In this document: piece by piece, positions 1-10,869 of the stretch
Position numbering within the stretch: position 1 is the first letter of the stretch
Layout of the letters: each line of letters opens with the position of its first letter
Origin: Legionellaceae bacterium
Lineage (GTDB): Bacteria > Pseudomonadota > Gammaproteobacteria > Legionellales > Legionellaceae
Direction: 5' to 3'
Length of the DNA stretch: 64,000 nt
NCBI GenBank assembly: GCA_029213075.1
Contig: JARGPO010000080.1
Coordinates: forward strand, 34,658-98,657
The notes under the pieces: generated by a model
What the model was told of the DNA's origin: nothing
The model's input: only the letters and a program-made list of their open reading frames with translations
The model's database searches: none
Made by a program: the position numbers and the translations under genes

Positions 1-357
1 TTCAATAGACCAAATGTGCGTCATTTTACCGATATGAATCGGTGTAGTGATTGCCGTAATTAGTCCTTCTCTTACAGAACGAATATGATTTGCATTTATC
101 TCTAAACCGACACAATAGTAATTTTTAAGGTCAACGGCATAATTTGCCGCCGTGCTTGCAAGTGTCTCCGCTAAAACAACATTCGCACCTCCATGTACTA
201 TGCCGACAGGTTGTTTTATTTTGTCGGAAACAGGCATGGTTGCAGTTATTGAGTCATCGGTAATCTCCGTGAATTGAATATCTAATAGATCAGACAGAGT
301 ATTTTCACTGCGTTTATTAATCATCTCAAGAGAAATTGGCTCAAACCAAATAGTCAT
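1..357 (-). CDS. PaaI/YbdB-type hotdog-fold acyl-CoA thioesterase (3' end cut by window edge)
   Basis: Hand translation of the minus strand from ATG at 357 gives MTIWFEPISLEMINKRSENTLSDLLDIQFTEITDDSITATMPVSDKIKQPVGIVHGGANVVLAETLAS... The HGG motif and layout fit PaaI-family thioesterases. The ORF runs off the window, so it is absent from the ORF track. Confidence 0.7.
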   Translation of the reverse strand, partial: MTIWFEPISLEMINKRSENTLSDLLDIQFTEITDDSITATMPVSDKIKQPVGIVHGGANVVLAETLASTAANYAVDLKNYYCVGLEINANHIRSVREGLITAITTPIHIGKMTHIWSIE

Positions 358-358
358 A

Positions 359-541
359 TTAGAAGTCTTCCCAAATTACATTTGAATCAGTTTCCGAAGG
401 CGCATCTCGAAGTTCAGCTATACGTTTGTGCTTTTTTATCTCTTTTAATTGTGATTCTGACTTAGGATTTTCCATGTCAAACTCTAGTAAAAATTTGTCA
501 TATAGGCTTATATAAGCTTTATCTATATCATTTTTATTCAT
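359..541 (-). CDS. small charged hypothetical protein (60 aa)
   Basis: Complete ORF whose stop lies 1 nt from the downstream thioesterase ATG (TAA-T-ATG), which suggests translational coupling. No TM segment or Cys. I cannot name a family with confidence. Confidence 0.5.
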   Translation of the reverse strand: MNKNDIDKAYISLYDKFLLEFDMENPKSESQLKEIKKHKRIAELRDAPSETDSNVIWEDF

Positions 542-629
542 ATCTACCTTAAAGTTAATAATTTATATAGCAATTTTAACTTGTTTTGATTAGAGTTACT
601 ATCTCATTTTATTTGTAGTGGAGATACAA

Positions 630-1607
630 ATGTCTATTAAAAAAGCTGAGTTACACTCTCACCTTGAAGGAACGATTACCCCTGAGCTAATGTATAAAAT
701 GGCCGAACGTAATAAACTACCAATTCCTAAGGATTTAGTAGCACCAAACGGTCACAGTTTTTTATCCCGTGACTTTATGCACTTTTTGTCAGTCTATGAC
801 ACTGTAGCTGCCTTTATCAGAGCCCCATTGGATTACTACGATATCACTTTCGAATACCTAAAATCTTGCGCTGTAGACGATGCTATTTATGTAGAGTTGA
901 TGTATTCACCTGATCATGCCGAAATGATGAGTGGCATTCCATCAATCGAACATTTACACGCAATTCAACAAGCCGTTGATGATGCAGAAAAACAACATGA
1001 TATTGTCGGTCGCATAATTGTAACCGGTGCTCGTCAATTTGGTACAGAATCTGTAACCAAGGTCGCCGAAAACGCTATTAAAGAAAATGTACCGTGTGTA
1101 ACAGGATTTGGGTTAGGCGGTGATGAAGTTAACTATCCACCAAAATTATTTAAAAGAGCTTTTGAAATTGCGGCTGAAGGAGGATTATCTTGCACAGTTC
1201 ACGCTGGTGAGTGGGCTCCAGCAAGCGGGATGCAAGAAGCAATGCAAAACCTACCAATTAAACGTATTGGACATGGAATTGCAGCTGTTCACTGTCCTGA
1301 AACAATTGCGATGTTAAAAGATAAAAATATTGCTCTAGAAGTATGTCCAACAAGTAACATTTCATTTGGATTATTTCCTGACTTTAACTCTCACCCATTC
1401 CCTAAACTCCTAGATGCAGGATTAAAATTAAGCATCAACTCTGATGATCCTCCTTTTGTTAATACAACTCTAGGTCAAGAATATACAAGAGTTCAAGAAG
1501 CTTATAACTATTCTGACGACGTTATGACAAACATCACCAAAATGGCCATTGAAGATGCTTTTGTTGATGAGGAAACTCGTAGCAAGCTAAAAGCAAAACT
1601 CGCGTAA
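630..1607 (+). CDS. add: adenosine/adenine deaminase family protein
   Basis: ORF 618..1607, with the ATG at 630 preferred over the GTG at 618. The motifs ELHSHLEG, VHAGE and SINSDDPPF belong to the metal-dependent adenosine/adenine deaminase superfamily and look closer to the adenine-deaminase type-2 pattern. Confidence 0.9.
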   Translation: MSIKKAELHSHLEGTITPELMYKMAERNKLPIPKDLVAPNGHSFLSRDFMHFLSVYDTVAAFIRAPLDYYDITFEYLKSCAVDDAIYVELMYSPDHAEMMSGIPSIEHLHAIQQAVDDAEKQHDIVGRIIVTGARQFGTESVTKVAENAIKENVPCVTGFGLGGDEVNYPPKLFKRAFEIAAEGGLSCTVHAGEWAPASGMQEAMQNLPIKRIGHGIAAVHCPETIAMLKDKNIALEVCPTSNISFGLFPDFNSHPFPKLLDAGLKLSINSDDPPFVNTTLGQEYTRVQEAYNYSDDVMTNITKMAIEDAFVDEETRSKLKAKLA

Positions 1608-1684
1608 GTCTTGCAAGGAACAGTTAGACACAAATATATCCATGGTCTATAGTTATTAAACATACTCTGTTAATAACTTAGGCT

Positions 1685-4213
1685 ATGGATTCATCATCAG
1701 AACAAACAACATCATTTTTTGCTGCTATTTTTGCCAGCAAACTAGAAGCCTACGCGAATGGTGAACCGGCAGCATATATCCATGGGCAGCCTAAAGTTGA
1801 CCCAAGTAATCCAAACAGCGATACATATTTTCAAAAATGGCTTAAAATCGGCATAAACCCATCAAACGCATCCAACAAGTCAGAATCGAGAGTCGAGTTT
1901 AGTAGAATATTTGATGAAATGGAATTTAGTCCTGAAATACTAGAATTAACAAAAGATGGACTCAATGAATATGATCTAGCTGAAGCCGACAAGGATAATT
2001 TGGCAAATAGAATAAATTATATTACCAAAGAATCTGCCAAAGTCTTGTTAAATTCCGAGAGAAATGAGCTCAATGAGCATATGAAAATTCTCCTGCAAAA
2101 AGTAGATCCAAATGCTTATGAAAAGTTACTGGAAAAATACACGCCAAATGACTCCAAGTTAAGTGCCAGCGAAAAGATAGCTATTGCCAAAAAAACTCTA
2201 GCCTTTGATTTTTTAATCGCTGTAAGAGCCTGCTATATGGAAAAAATTACAGATATTAGCAATATAAAATATCCTATCGTAGGCTTGGATATGCGTGTCC
2301 TCACGCTTAATAGCATATCTGAAATACAAGAGAAACTACGTGAAGAGCTATCTGTTATTAAAGTTCTATCTGCAAAAGGACAAGATAAATATTATATCTA
2401 TGGCCGAACTGCTGAAAACAAATGGGAGTTGCAAGAGATAGAATCTATTACGGTTGCAAAGGTTGATTTTACTAAGGAAGGTGTTATTCCATCAAATCTT
2501 AAATATGTTGATTTATATACTATGATTCACAACCTAAATGCCCATGTTTTATCAGCAAAAGATAATAAACAAAATGAAGAAAATATCGCAAAATTAAAAA
2601 CGTTTACAGAGCAGATCCTTTTGCCATTAGAAAAATATAAATACTTACCAATTACCGAAGAGACTTTTTCTGAACATCAAATTCAACCTCAATCCAATAC
2701 CGACCTGCTCTCCAAAGCCAAGGACAAAGCAATACTAGTCGATAATGAAATTTTCATCCTATCCGAATATAGAAAAAATTTAGCTGATAAATCAACAGCA
2801 CAAGAAATAGATAGTGCTCTTAAAGAGCTAAGAAATATGCGAGACGAATTGCAAGAGATAAACGAATACGTATTACTTGACATGAACCCAGCCGCCAAAC
2901 TCAATAGCCTGTTTGCGAAACAAAGGCCCGAAATATTAGACCAAGTAATTCCTTATACCGCCCGATATGTGCTAGAAAGAATGATAGTGAAACTATCTAG
3001 ATATGATCAAAGAGTTCTAAAAGCACTAGAATTTGAGTTGGATACAGAGGATGATTCTCCTGAAATCCTAGAAGCAAAAGCTACACACAAAAAAATAGAA
3101 GAAGAACAAATTAAAATTATTGCGACTATTTCTGATATAGAAAAAACAAAACAAGGAGACAACTTTAGTCAGCATCTAGATAGCCCTATATATCTAATTG
3201 CAACACTCCAAGAAACACTTGATAATTTAAATAGTCTCTCGCATGGCTTAGAGTCTCTTCAACTAACAAGAGAAGAAATTAAAGAACTAAGAGGGTTAAT
3301 AGCGACTAAAATTAAAGAGATAACTCCTCTAAATACATTGTTAAGCACCAATCCTGAAGACATTTCTTATATAAAGCAAACCCATGAAACTCTTGACTCT
3401 TCAATAGTCAGAGTTGCTGATAAATTCAAACAAACAGAGGTAGAAAAACTTCAAGAAACCATAGGCCAAGATCTAGTCGATATGGCTTATATACCTGTTA
3501 CTCAAACACAATTAAGAATGTTAGTAGAATACATCCTTAAAAATGAGAAAGACTCATTTCCAAATGTAGTTACAACATTAAATGACAGGATTATACAGCT
3601 CGAACACAGTTCAGCATCACAATTAGCCAAGGACAAAGAAGGTGATAGTTTATATGCTATCATACCAGAACATCAAAAATTATTAGCAATGCCAAGTAAT
3701 TCGATGATAACCAAAAGAATTCTAATATCTAAAATTAAAACCGTATTAAGAAATGCTGAATCAAGAATTTGTGAAATAAATACCATTTCTAAGGTTAATG
3801 ATAATCTAACGTTATTAAGAGATTTTTCTCGTACCTGTTCTGGAATAGATAAGTTAGCAATCAATAAGTTAATAGACAGAGCTCTTCAAAAAATAGTAGA
3901 AAACGATTACAATCTAGATGACGAAATTTACAAAATATCTGCTTTATGCGAAACACTGCATGATGAGCAAACTACCCCAGAATCTAAAGAGCAAATATCT
4001 GCAACATTAAAGAAAATGCTTATCAATATAGTTCAAGAAGTACAAACTTCATCATCTGCTGCCAAAGCCAAACCAGTAAATCCTGCAAACGAAGTTTCAA
4101 AAGCCTTCTCAACCTTATTTAAATCCATAAATAAAACTCTAGACCCAACCAATCAAAAGCAAAACCAAGATAAAGAAAAAGATGATATCCATCGACCTAA
4201 GGATGGAATGTAA
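1685..4213 (+). CDS. large helical/coiled-coil hypothetical protein (842 aa), candidate secreted effector
   Basis: Long uninterrupted ORF rich in K/E/L/I/N, with no TM segment or signal peptide. I recognise no catalytic motif. It sits between add and dut. Confidence 0.75.
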   Translation: MDSSSEQTTSFFAAIFASKLEAYANGEPAAYIHGQPKVDPSNPNSDTYFQKWLKIGINPSNASNKSESRVEFSRIFDEMEFSPEILELTKDGLNEYDLAEADKDNLANRINYITKESAKVLLNSERNELNEHMKILLQKVDPNAYEKLLEKYTPNDSKLSASEKIAIAKKTLAFDFLIAVRACYMEKITDISNIKYPIVGLDMRVLTLNSISEIQEKLREELSVIKVLSAKGQDKYYIYGRTAENKWELQEIESITVAKVDFTKEGVIPSNLKYVDLYTMIHNLNAHVLSAKDNKQNEENIAKLKTFTEQILLPLEKYKYLPITEETFSEHQIQPQSNTDLLSKAKDKAILVDNEIFILSEYRKNLADKSTAQEIDSALKELRNMRDELQEINEYVLLDMNPAAKLNSLFAKQRPEILDQVIPYTARYVLERMIVKLSRYDQRVLKALEFELDTEDDSPEILEAKATHKKIEEEQIKIIATISDIEKTKQGDNFSQHLDSPIYLIATLQETLDNLNSLSHGLESLQLTREEIKELRGLIATKIKEITPLNTLLSTNPEDISYIKQTHETLDSSIVRVADKFKQTEVEKLQETIGQDLVDMAYIPVTQTQLRMLVEYILKNEKDSFPNVVTTLNDRIIQLEHSSASQLAKDKEGDSLYAIIPEHQKLLAMPSNSMITKRILISKIKTVLRNAESRICEINTISKVNDNLTLLRDFSRTCSGIDKLAINKLIDRALQKIVENDYNLDDEIYKISALCETLHDEQTTPESKEQISATLKKMLINIVQEVQTSSSAAKAKPVNPANEVSKAFSTLFKSINKTLDPTNQKQNQDKEKDDIHRPKDGM

Positions 4214-4303
4214 CCAAGATTATTCATTTATCCTTAAATCATTTGAATTTATGTCGATAATTATGCACAATGTCATTTTATGACAAGCCTAGAATACAAA
4301 ATT

Positions 4304-4762
4304 ATGAATCAATCAGTCCAAATCAAAATTTTAGACCCACGAGTTGGGAAATCAATAGAGTTACCTAAATATACAACCCAAGGATCTGCAGGACTAGATT
4401 TGCGAGTTTGTATTGATGAACCTTTGCAAATAGCTCCCCAAGAAACAAAACTTCTGCCGACCGGACTCGCAATATATATTGAAGATCCTAATTTAGCTGC
4501 CATCATCTTACCAAGATCTGGATTAGGACATAAACATGGTATTGTTCTTGGAAATTTAGTTGGTTTAATTGATTCAGATTACCAAGGAGAATTAAAAATT
4601 TCTTGCTGGAATCGTAACAGCGACCATTTTACAATTAATCCTGGTGACAGAATTGCTCAGCTAGTATTTTTACCAATTGTTTTAGCTAACTTCAAACTAG
4701 TTGACTCATTTGAAGAAACGGCCCGGAAGGATGGTGGCTTTGGTAGCTCTGGGAGAGAGTGA
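4304..4762 (+). CDS. dut: dUTP diphosphatase
   Basis: Collinear with E. coli Dut ([52 protein letters not shown]). Start placed at [11 protein letters not shown] by N-terminal alignment; the ORF track begins at 4280. Confidence 0.93.
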   Translation: MNQSVQIKILDPRVGKSIELPKYTTQGSAGLDLRVCIDEPLQIAPQETKLLPTGLAIYIEDPNLAAIILPRSGLGHKHGIVLGNLVGLIDSDYQGELKISCWNRNSDHFTINPGDRIAQLVFLPIVLANFKLVDSFEETARKDGGFGSSGRE

Positions 4763-6153
4763 TGCATTCATATAAACAATCACAAGTCACTAAGTCTGTA
4801 TTTAGAGCATATGATATTCGGGGGCTGATTGGTGAGCAGTTAGATGAGAACTCTTTTTATAGTATTGGTCGAGCTTTGAGTTGCCGGTTAGAAGCTCTAA
4901 AAAGAAAAAGTATCTTAGTTGCCAGAGATGGCAGATTAACCAGTGACAAACTAACTAATGCTCTAATTCAAGGCCTACTAGATAGTGGTATCGATGTAGT
5001 TGATCTTGGAATGGTGCCGACACCTGTTATGTACTTTGCAACCAACGTTTATGGCATAGACAGCGGATTAATGGTTACAGGTAGCCATAATCCTGCTGAA
5101 TATAATGGCCTTAAAATGGTTCTCGCTGGAACAACTCTTGCGTTAAATGATATTTCTCGCATCTATGACTTAGTCGAATCGAAGAGCGCTATTCATGGTG
5201 AGGGTAAATATCAACAACATGATATTCTAGATACCTATGCTAATAGAATAAAGCAAGATATCAAACTTAAGCGCCAACTAAAAGTAGTCGTTGATTGTGG
5301 AAATGGTATATCTGGAGTAATAGTCCCACAAGTGTTACGCCTTCTAGGTGCTGAGGTTATTGAGCTATTTTGTGACGTCGATGGTCGATTCCCAAATCAT
5401 CACCCAGACCCAACGGTCGAGAAAAACCTAAGCGAGCTAAAAAAAGTGGTTCAAGAACAAAACGCTGATATTGGTCTTGCTTTTGATGGCGATGGAGACA
5501 GAATTGGTGTTATCACTAATGACTGTGAATTAATCTGGCCAGATAGATTAATGATGTTTTATGCTCCACATATAATTAAAAATAATCCAGGTGCAACGAT
5601 TGTATTTGATGTAAAATGCTCCTCCCATCTTGAGTCAGTTATTAACAACTCAGGTGGTGTTGCAAAAATGAGTCCAACAGGTCATTCATTAGTGAAAAAA
5701 ATAATGAAAGATGAGAATGCTGCTCTAGCAGGAGAGATGAGCGGTCATATTTTTTTCAAAGATAGATGGTATGGATTTGATGATGCATTATATAGCGCTT
5801 GTCGACTACTAGAATTAATAAGCTTATCTCATGAGAGCGTTAGCAAGCAGTTTTCATTAGTCCCAAATAGTATTAATACTCCTGAAATTAAAATTCCTAT
5901 TATAGAAGATAACAAATTCTCTTTTATGCAAGAATTTACAAAGCTTGCTACATTTCCTGATGCGAAGCTAATTTCTATTGACGGTCTACGAGTTGAATAT
6001 CCTTATGGCTGGGGATTGATTCGCGCCTCTAATACAACACCTTGTTTAGTTGCTAGATTTGAAGCCCAAGATATTGATGGAATGACTCAAATTCAATCTT
6101 TGTTCAAAGACCAGCTAAAAGCAATAGATCAAAATTTATTGCTTCCTTTTTAA
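4759..6153 (+). CDS. algC: phosphomannomutase/phosphoglucomutase
   Basis: TGSHNP phosphoserine loop, FDGDGDR Mg site, GEMSGH and RASNTTP. Collinear with Pseudomonas AlgC as I recall it. ATGA overlap with dut. Confidence 0.92.
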   Translation: MMHSYKQSQVTKSVFRAYDIRGLIGEQLDENSFYSIGRALSCRLEALKRKSILVARDGRLTSDKLTNALIQGLLDSGIDVVDLGMVPTPVMYFATNVYGIDSGLMVTGSHNPAEYNGLKMVLAGTTLALNDISRIYDLVESKSAIHGEGKYQQHDILDTYANRIKQDIKLKRQLKVVVDCGNGISGVIVPQVLRLLGAEVIELFCDVDGRFPNHHPDPTVEKNLSELKKVVQEQNADIGLAFDGDGDRIGVITNDCELIWPDRLMMFYAPHIIKNNPGATIVFDVKCSSHLESVINNSGGVAKMSPTGHSLVKKIMKDENAALAGEMSGHIFFKDRWYGFDDALYSACRLLELISLSHESVSKQFSLVPNSINTPEIKIPIIEDNKFSFMQEFTKLATFPDAKLISIDGLRVEYPYGWGLIRASNTTPCLVARFEAQDIDGMTQIQSLFKDQLKAIDQNLLLPF

Positions 6154-6236
6154 TTATTATTTGCGGGATCGCGATTTTGTTGATAAGCTTTCGTAAAACG
6201 TTTATATCCGTGTAAAGAAAATAAAGTGAGTATTGA

Positions 6237-7151
6237 ATGACAAAACAGCGAACTCCAAATAAGTTGATTCAAGCCACGGGAGTAGGCTTGCATTCAGGTG
6301 ACAAAGTTCTGCTCACTTTGCGCCCTGCCCCAGCAAATACGGGTATAATATTTAGAAGAACCGATCTTGACCCAGTAGTCGAGATAAAAGCATCTTACGA
6401 GAACGTCTGCGACACGATGCTTTGTACTTCATTGCAACGAGATAATGTTAAGGTTGCGACAGTCGAGCACTTACTCTCTGCACTTGCCGGACTTGGCATT
6501 GATAATGCGTATGTAGACGTAAACGCACCTGAAATACCTATTATGGACGGCAGCGCCGCGCCATTCGTATTCCTCATTCAATCAGCAGGCATAAGAGAAC
6601 AAGACGCTAAAAAACGCTTTATTCGTATATTAAAGCCTGTAAGAGTGGAAGAAAGTGGCAAATACGTACAATTTCTGCCGCATGATGGATACAAAGTATC
6701 TTTCAAAATCGACTTTGAACATCCAGTATTTAATAATAAACCTCAAACCGCGAGTTTTGATTTTTCTGCAACCTCTTATATAAAGCAAGTAAGTAGAGCA
6801 AGAACTTTTGGATTTCTATCAGATTATGAAAAATTAAGAACAGCAGGATTAGTTAATGGAGGCAGTCTAGATAACGCGATTGTCGTAGATGACTACCGCG
6901 TTCTAAATGAAGACGGTTTACGTTTTGATGATGAATTTGTAAAACACAAAGTATTAGATGCAATTGGTGATTTATATCTTCTTGGATCGAGCTTAATCGG
7001 TGCCTTTGAAGGTTATAAATCAGGTCACGAGCTTAATAACAAGTTATTGCGAGAACTAATGCTACAAAAAGATGCTTGGGAGTATACCTACTTTGAAGCT
7101 GAAGAGTGTCCGCCTTTATTGGATGAATTGTCACCCGTAGTCGCAGCATAA
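6237..7151 (+). CDS. lpxC: UDP-3-O-acyl-N-acetylglucosamine deacetylase
   Basis: Collinear with E. coli LpxC ([54 protein letters not shown]). Confidence 0.95.
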   Translation: MTKQRTPNKLIQATGVGLHSGDKVLLTLRPAPANTGIIFRRTDLDPVVEIKASYENVCDTMLCTSLQRDNVKVATVEHLLSALAGLGIDNAYVDVNAPEIPIMDGSAAPFVFLIQSAGIREQDAKKRFIRILKPVRVEESGKYVQFLPHDGYKVSFKIDFEHPVFNNKPQTASFDFSATSYIKQVSRARTFGFLSDYEKLRTAGLVNGGSLDNAIVVDDYRVLNEDGLRFDDEFVKHKVLDAIGDLYLLGSSLIGAFEGYKSGHELNNKLLRELMLQKDAWEYTYFEAEECPPLLDELSPVVAA

Positions 7152-7192
7152 TAACTTTTTCATAAGCCGGATAAATTCTAGGACTTATCACA

Positions 7193-8983
7193 ATGAAAAG
7201 AACGCAACTGATCTTGGCCGTAGTTCTTGTTCTGTGCTCAAATGTTTTTGCAGGATCCCTTCAAGAACCTATAAATAATATTATCAATAAAGTCGACCCT
7301 CAGATAAATATGGGTATGATGGTTGAAGATTTAAATACCGGTGAAATTCTATATAAACGGAATGCAAATAAAACATTCACTCCCGCAAGCAATATGAAAC
7401 TATTTTCCGAAGCTGCTGCTCTAATTTATCTCGGCCCAGGATATACGTTTCAAACTAGTCTAAGTACTGATGCAACATCCTTAAAAGACGGCGTTCTTAA
7501 TGGCTCTATATTTTTAGTTTTATCTGGAGATCCATCTTTTAATCATAAGGACTTAAAAAACTTAATCTCCCAATTACCAGGATGGGGAATTAAAAAAATA
7601 ACTGGTAACTTTGTAATTGTCAGTAATAATAGTAAGATCAAACCTCATGCCCCAGGAGTCGACCCAAAAGATTTCACACATAGTTATGGCGCACCAATAA
7701 CCCCAATCATGCTTGATGAAAACCGAGTAACTGTGACGGTCAACCCATCAAGTCATGGCAAGAATGCTATAATAGAATATAGCTCTCTTGATAACAGCTT
7801 CACTCTTGATAATAAAGTTATTACAAAAACCAAAGGGCGCTGTGGAGTTAGCGCGAAGATTACCAAAAAAAACAACCTTCGGCTTAGGGGATGTGTTCGA
7901 GAAAACTCCCAAGCAATTCAACTTGAAATTCCAATATCTAACCCAATGAACTACGCTAAAGAAGTAGTTAGACATAGACTAGATAGAGTTGATATCAAAC
8001 TAGACGGCAAAGTTAGGCTTGGAGAGCTATCAAAGCCCACTCTTTTATTAGCCAAACATTCCTCAAAGCCAATTACTCAATTAATGGCCAACACATTAAA
8101 GTTCTCTGATAATTTATATGCTGACGGTTTGTTTTTACATGCTGCAAATAAAATTAATGGCTCGCCATTAAACTGGCAGCAAGCAGAGCCTGTCATCAAA
8201 AAATTTCTTCATCAACAAACCGGTGTTAACTTAGAAAATGCCGTCTTAGTTGATGGCGCTGGATTATCATTGCATGACCTACTAACTCCGCAACAAACTA
8301 TGAGTCTATTAAAATATATCCATGCACGTTTTCCATTAGCATATGAATACATTACAGCCCTGCCAATAGCTGGCCAAGATGGTACTCTTTCCAAACGCTT
8401 TCGAAAGCCAACTCAAAAAGGTCTTTTAAGGGCTAAAACAGGTCGATTAACAGGGGTAATAAGCTTATCCGGGTATTTATATACCTCTAACGCCCATACA
8501 CTTGCATTCACAATCTATATCAATACCAGGCCTGGCACAAAACCTAGTGTTTCAGGAAAATATTTAAATATGGTAGATAGTTTGTGTAATTTCCTCTTAA
8601 CCCAAAAACCAGACAATACTTTTATTAGCGCAACTAAAAGCCCTCATGAACATGTCGCATTTCAACAAAATCCTTCTAAAACTGAAAGAGTTGAATCATC
8701 ATATGCCAAATGGAGAGGAATAGAGCGCACCTTGAAACACAGCTTAAAGTCCCAATCGGCAAGTGTTTTATTTAGAAATGATAGTATCTTAATTATTGAT
8801 AACAATGTTAACGCTAAAAATGTTTGGGATATTCTTAAACCAATTCAAAAGAAAAAGCACTTTTCTATTGGCTTAAAAACAGCTAATCCTCCTGCTCTTC
8901 AAGACATTCCAGTATTACTCTGGTTAGATAAGAATCCTATAGATGGCAAAAGAGTCTGGTATTTACAAGAGAGTGTTGGTTGA
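7193..8983 (+). CDS. dacB: D-alanyl-D-alanine carboxypeptidase/endopeptidase (PBP4 family) with extra C-terminal region
   Basis: Signal peptide plus SxxK (ASNMK), SxN (SDN) and KTG (AKTGRLTG) motifs in PBP4 order. At 596 aa it is about 110-120 aa longer than E. coli DacB. Confidence 0.88.
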   Translation: MKRTQLILAVVLVLCSNVFAGSLQEPINNIINKVDPQINMGMMVEDLNTGEILYKRNANKTFTPASNMKLFSEAAALIYLGPGYTFQTSLSTDATSLKDGVLNGSIFLVLSGDPSFNHKDLKNLISQLPGWGIKKITGNFVIVSNNSKIKPHAPGVDPKDFTHSYGAPITPIMLDENRVTVTVNPSSHGKNAIIEYSSLDNSFTLDNKVITKTKGRCGVSAKITKKNNLRLRGCVRENSQAIQLEIPISNPMNYAKEVVRHRLDRVDIKLDGKVRLGELSKPTLLLAKHSSKPITQLMANTLKFSDNLYADGLFLHAANKINGSPLNWQQAEPVIKKFLHQQTGVNLENAVLVDGAGLSLHDLLTPQQTMSLLKYIHARFPLAYEYITALPIAGQDGTLSKRFRKPTQKGLLRAKTGRLTGVISLSGYLYTSNAHTLAFTIYINTRPGTKPSVSGKYLNMVDSLCNFLLTQKPDNTFISATKSPHEHVAFQQNPSKTERVESSYAKWRGIERTLKHSLKSQSASVLFRNDSILIIDNNVNAKNVWDILKPIQKKKHFSIGLKTANPPALQDIPVLLWLDKNPIDGKRVWYLQESVG

Positions 8984-9020
8984 TGCTTTGAAAAAATAAA
9001 TACCAAGAGTAATTTGAAAG

Positions 9021-9048
9021 AGATTTCTCGCTACTCTCGAAATGACGG
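9021..9048. repeat. single-arm copy of the 'GTCATTGCGAGC...GCGAAGC' palindromic repeat family
   Basis: The reverse complement CCGTCATTTCGAGAGTAGCGAGAAATCT resembles the arms at 51241-51324 and 15135-15169. Lies in the convergent dacB/cbpM gap. Confidence 0.5.
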
Positions 9049-9063
9049 ATGGCACATGAGTGC

Positions 9064-9390
9064 TTAGGTTTTAGGGTTTAAATGCCTCTTTAAAATTTCT
9101 AATTCTTGATTTAATTCTTGTAACTCATCCATTAGTTCAAGGGCTAAGACTACTCCTGCTGCGTTTAGGCCAAGATCTTCTTGTAATCGATAAGCGGACT
9201 CAATTCTCTTTAGCATCTCTCTATCAAACTGTAATTGCTCACTTGGCATATCTATTGAGGAGATTAATCCATGCTCTAGCATTTCAAGTAACTCTTTTTC
9301 AGATACTTCACAGTATTCACAAACTTCCACAAATGAAATGCTACTTTGTTCGTCAACTAACACACCCACAGTAATAGTACTCTTAGTCAT
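9064..9390 (-). CDS. cbpM: chaperone modulatory protein CbpM (MerR-like)
   Basis: Small acidic protein immediately downstream of cbpA. The ATG at 9390 follows the cbpA stop by 4 nt (AGGA). The ORF-track start at 9447 would overlap cbpA. Confidence 0.75.
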   Translation of the reverse strand: MTKSTITVGVLVDEQSSISFVEVCEYCEVSEKELLEMLEHGLISSIDMPSEQLQFDREMLKRIESAYRLQEDLGLNAAGVVLALELMDELQELNQELEILKRHLNPKT

Positions 9391-9394
9391 TCCT

Positions 9395-10288
9395 TTACTC
9401 CATTTTCTCTCGAGGATTAAATGGCATTTTTTCAGCCATTGACTCATAAAGAGCTTTCGACTCTTCAGTAGTCGGGTGTGGGATAACTATTTTTAATAAA
9501 ATATACTGATTCCCGTCAGGAGTTCCCGATAATCCTCTTCCTTTTAAACGTAATGTCTGACCACCTTGAGAGTTAGCTGGTATTTTTAAATCAACTTTTC
9601 CACCCAAAGTTGGAACCTTAATAGTTGCACCAAGAGCAGCCTCCCAGGGGGAAACTGGAACTGTCACATAAATATCTTTATCAACAACATCAAATAGTGG
9701 ATGCCTATCAACATTGACAGTTATATATAGATCTCCAGGCTTTCCTTGAGCCGACAATGCAGGACCACCCTTGCCAGCAAGCCTAATTTTTTGCCCTGAC
9801 TTAACCCCTTTTGGAACTTTTAAACGTATTACTTGAGGGGATTTCCCTGCTACTGGCAACTTTATTTCTTTCACAACACCGGTAAAAGCTTCCTCTAAAC
9901 TTACATTTATCTCACCATTTAAATCACTGCCATTTTTGGGGCGATTACCAGCAAATCCACCTCGATTAAAAATTGATTCAAATATATCTTCCTCAAATCC
10001 CCCACCGAAGTTTGAATAGGATCTGGAGTGAGGCTGATGATGAGCATGAGCACTTTGTTGATGCATAGGTGGGCCATCAGCACCATACTGGTCATACATC
10101 TTTCTTTTCTCAGGATCTTTTAATACTTCATATGCCTCACCGATTTCTTTAAATTTTTCTTCGGCAGATGACTCTTTATTTAAATCTGGATGATATTTTC
10201 GAGCAAGGCGCCTATACGCTAGCTTGATTTCTTTCTCAGATGCGCCTTTTTCCACACCCATAACACTATAATAATCTTTCTTGTTCAT
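9395..10288 (-). CDS. cbpA: curved-DNA-binding DnaJ-like co-chaperone CbpA
   Basis: J domain with HPD (KYHPDLN), a G/F-like linker and DnaJ C-terminal domains, but no Cys-rich zinc finger. Confidence 0.88.
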   Translation of the reverse strand: MNKKDYYSVMGVEKGASEKEIKLAYRRLARKYHPDLNKESSAEEKFKEIGEAYEVLKDPEKRKMYDQYGADGPPMHQQSAHAHHQPHSRSYSNFGGGFEEDIFESIFNRGGFAGNRPKNGSDLNGEINVSLEEAFTGVVKEIKLPVAGKSPQVIRLKVPKGVKSGQKIRLAGKGGPALSAQGKPGDLYITVNVDRHPLFDVVDKDIYVTVPVSPWEAALGATIKVPTLGGKVDLKIPANSQGGQTLRLKGRGLSGTPDGNQYILLKIVIPHPTTEESKALYESMAEKMPFNPREKME

Positions 10289-10301
10289 AAATGACCTTAG
10301 T

Positions 10302-10739
10302 CTAATTATGCAATGCCTGCTCTATATAGCGCCGACATGTTAATGGTTTATTTAAAAAATTAATGTATTGCCTTGTTCCACCCGTACCAGTTATTACCAA
10401 GGAACCATATTGTAATATACTACCAAGAATTGACTGACGGATGTCAACACTTTCTATTTTATTTAAAGAAAGATCTAGGGTCTGGCGAACAAAAATCCCT
10501 GTACACAAAATTACTTGCTTATTTTTAATAATTAAATAAGAGCACTCATATGTTAACCAAACAACTACCTCCCAAAATATAGCCGCAGCTCCTAAAAATA
10601 GGCTTGCTTTTTGCAGCGGTTCAAACTTCATGCCAATGTATACTGCAACACAAAAAAACAAAACTGGCCATATGAAAAGAATCCAATGTAACTTTGCTTT
10701 GTAAATAATATCATCATCTTTAATTCTTTCGACCATCAT
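10302..10739 (-). CDS. membrane protein with bacterial PH (YdbS/DUF304-like) domain
   Basis: Two N-terminal hydrophobic helices followed by about 70 aa with the bPH pattern (...[25 protein letters not shown]...). Confidence 0.65.
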   Translation of the reverse strand: MMVERIKDDDIIYKAKLHWILFIWPVLFFCVAVYIGMKFEPLQKASLFLGAAAIFWEVVVWLTYECSYLIIKNKQVILCTGIFVRQTLDLSLNKIESVDIRQSILGSILQYGSLVITGTGGTRQYINFLNKPLTCRRYIEQALHN

Positions 10740-10869
10740 GGTTCCTTTACTTATATGTTAATTCTATGATATACGCTAATGTATAAACAAGATACTATAC
10801 TTTGGATTTTAAAATAGTTAAACAGGTCTCGTAAAAAACTTGCGTTCCAAATCCATTTAAGGAATATAT

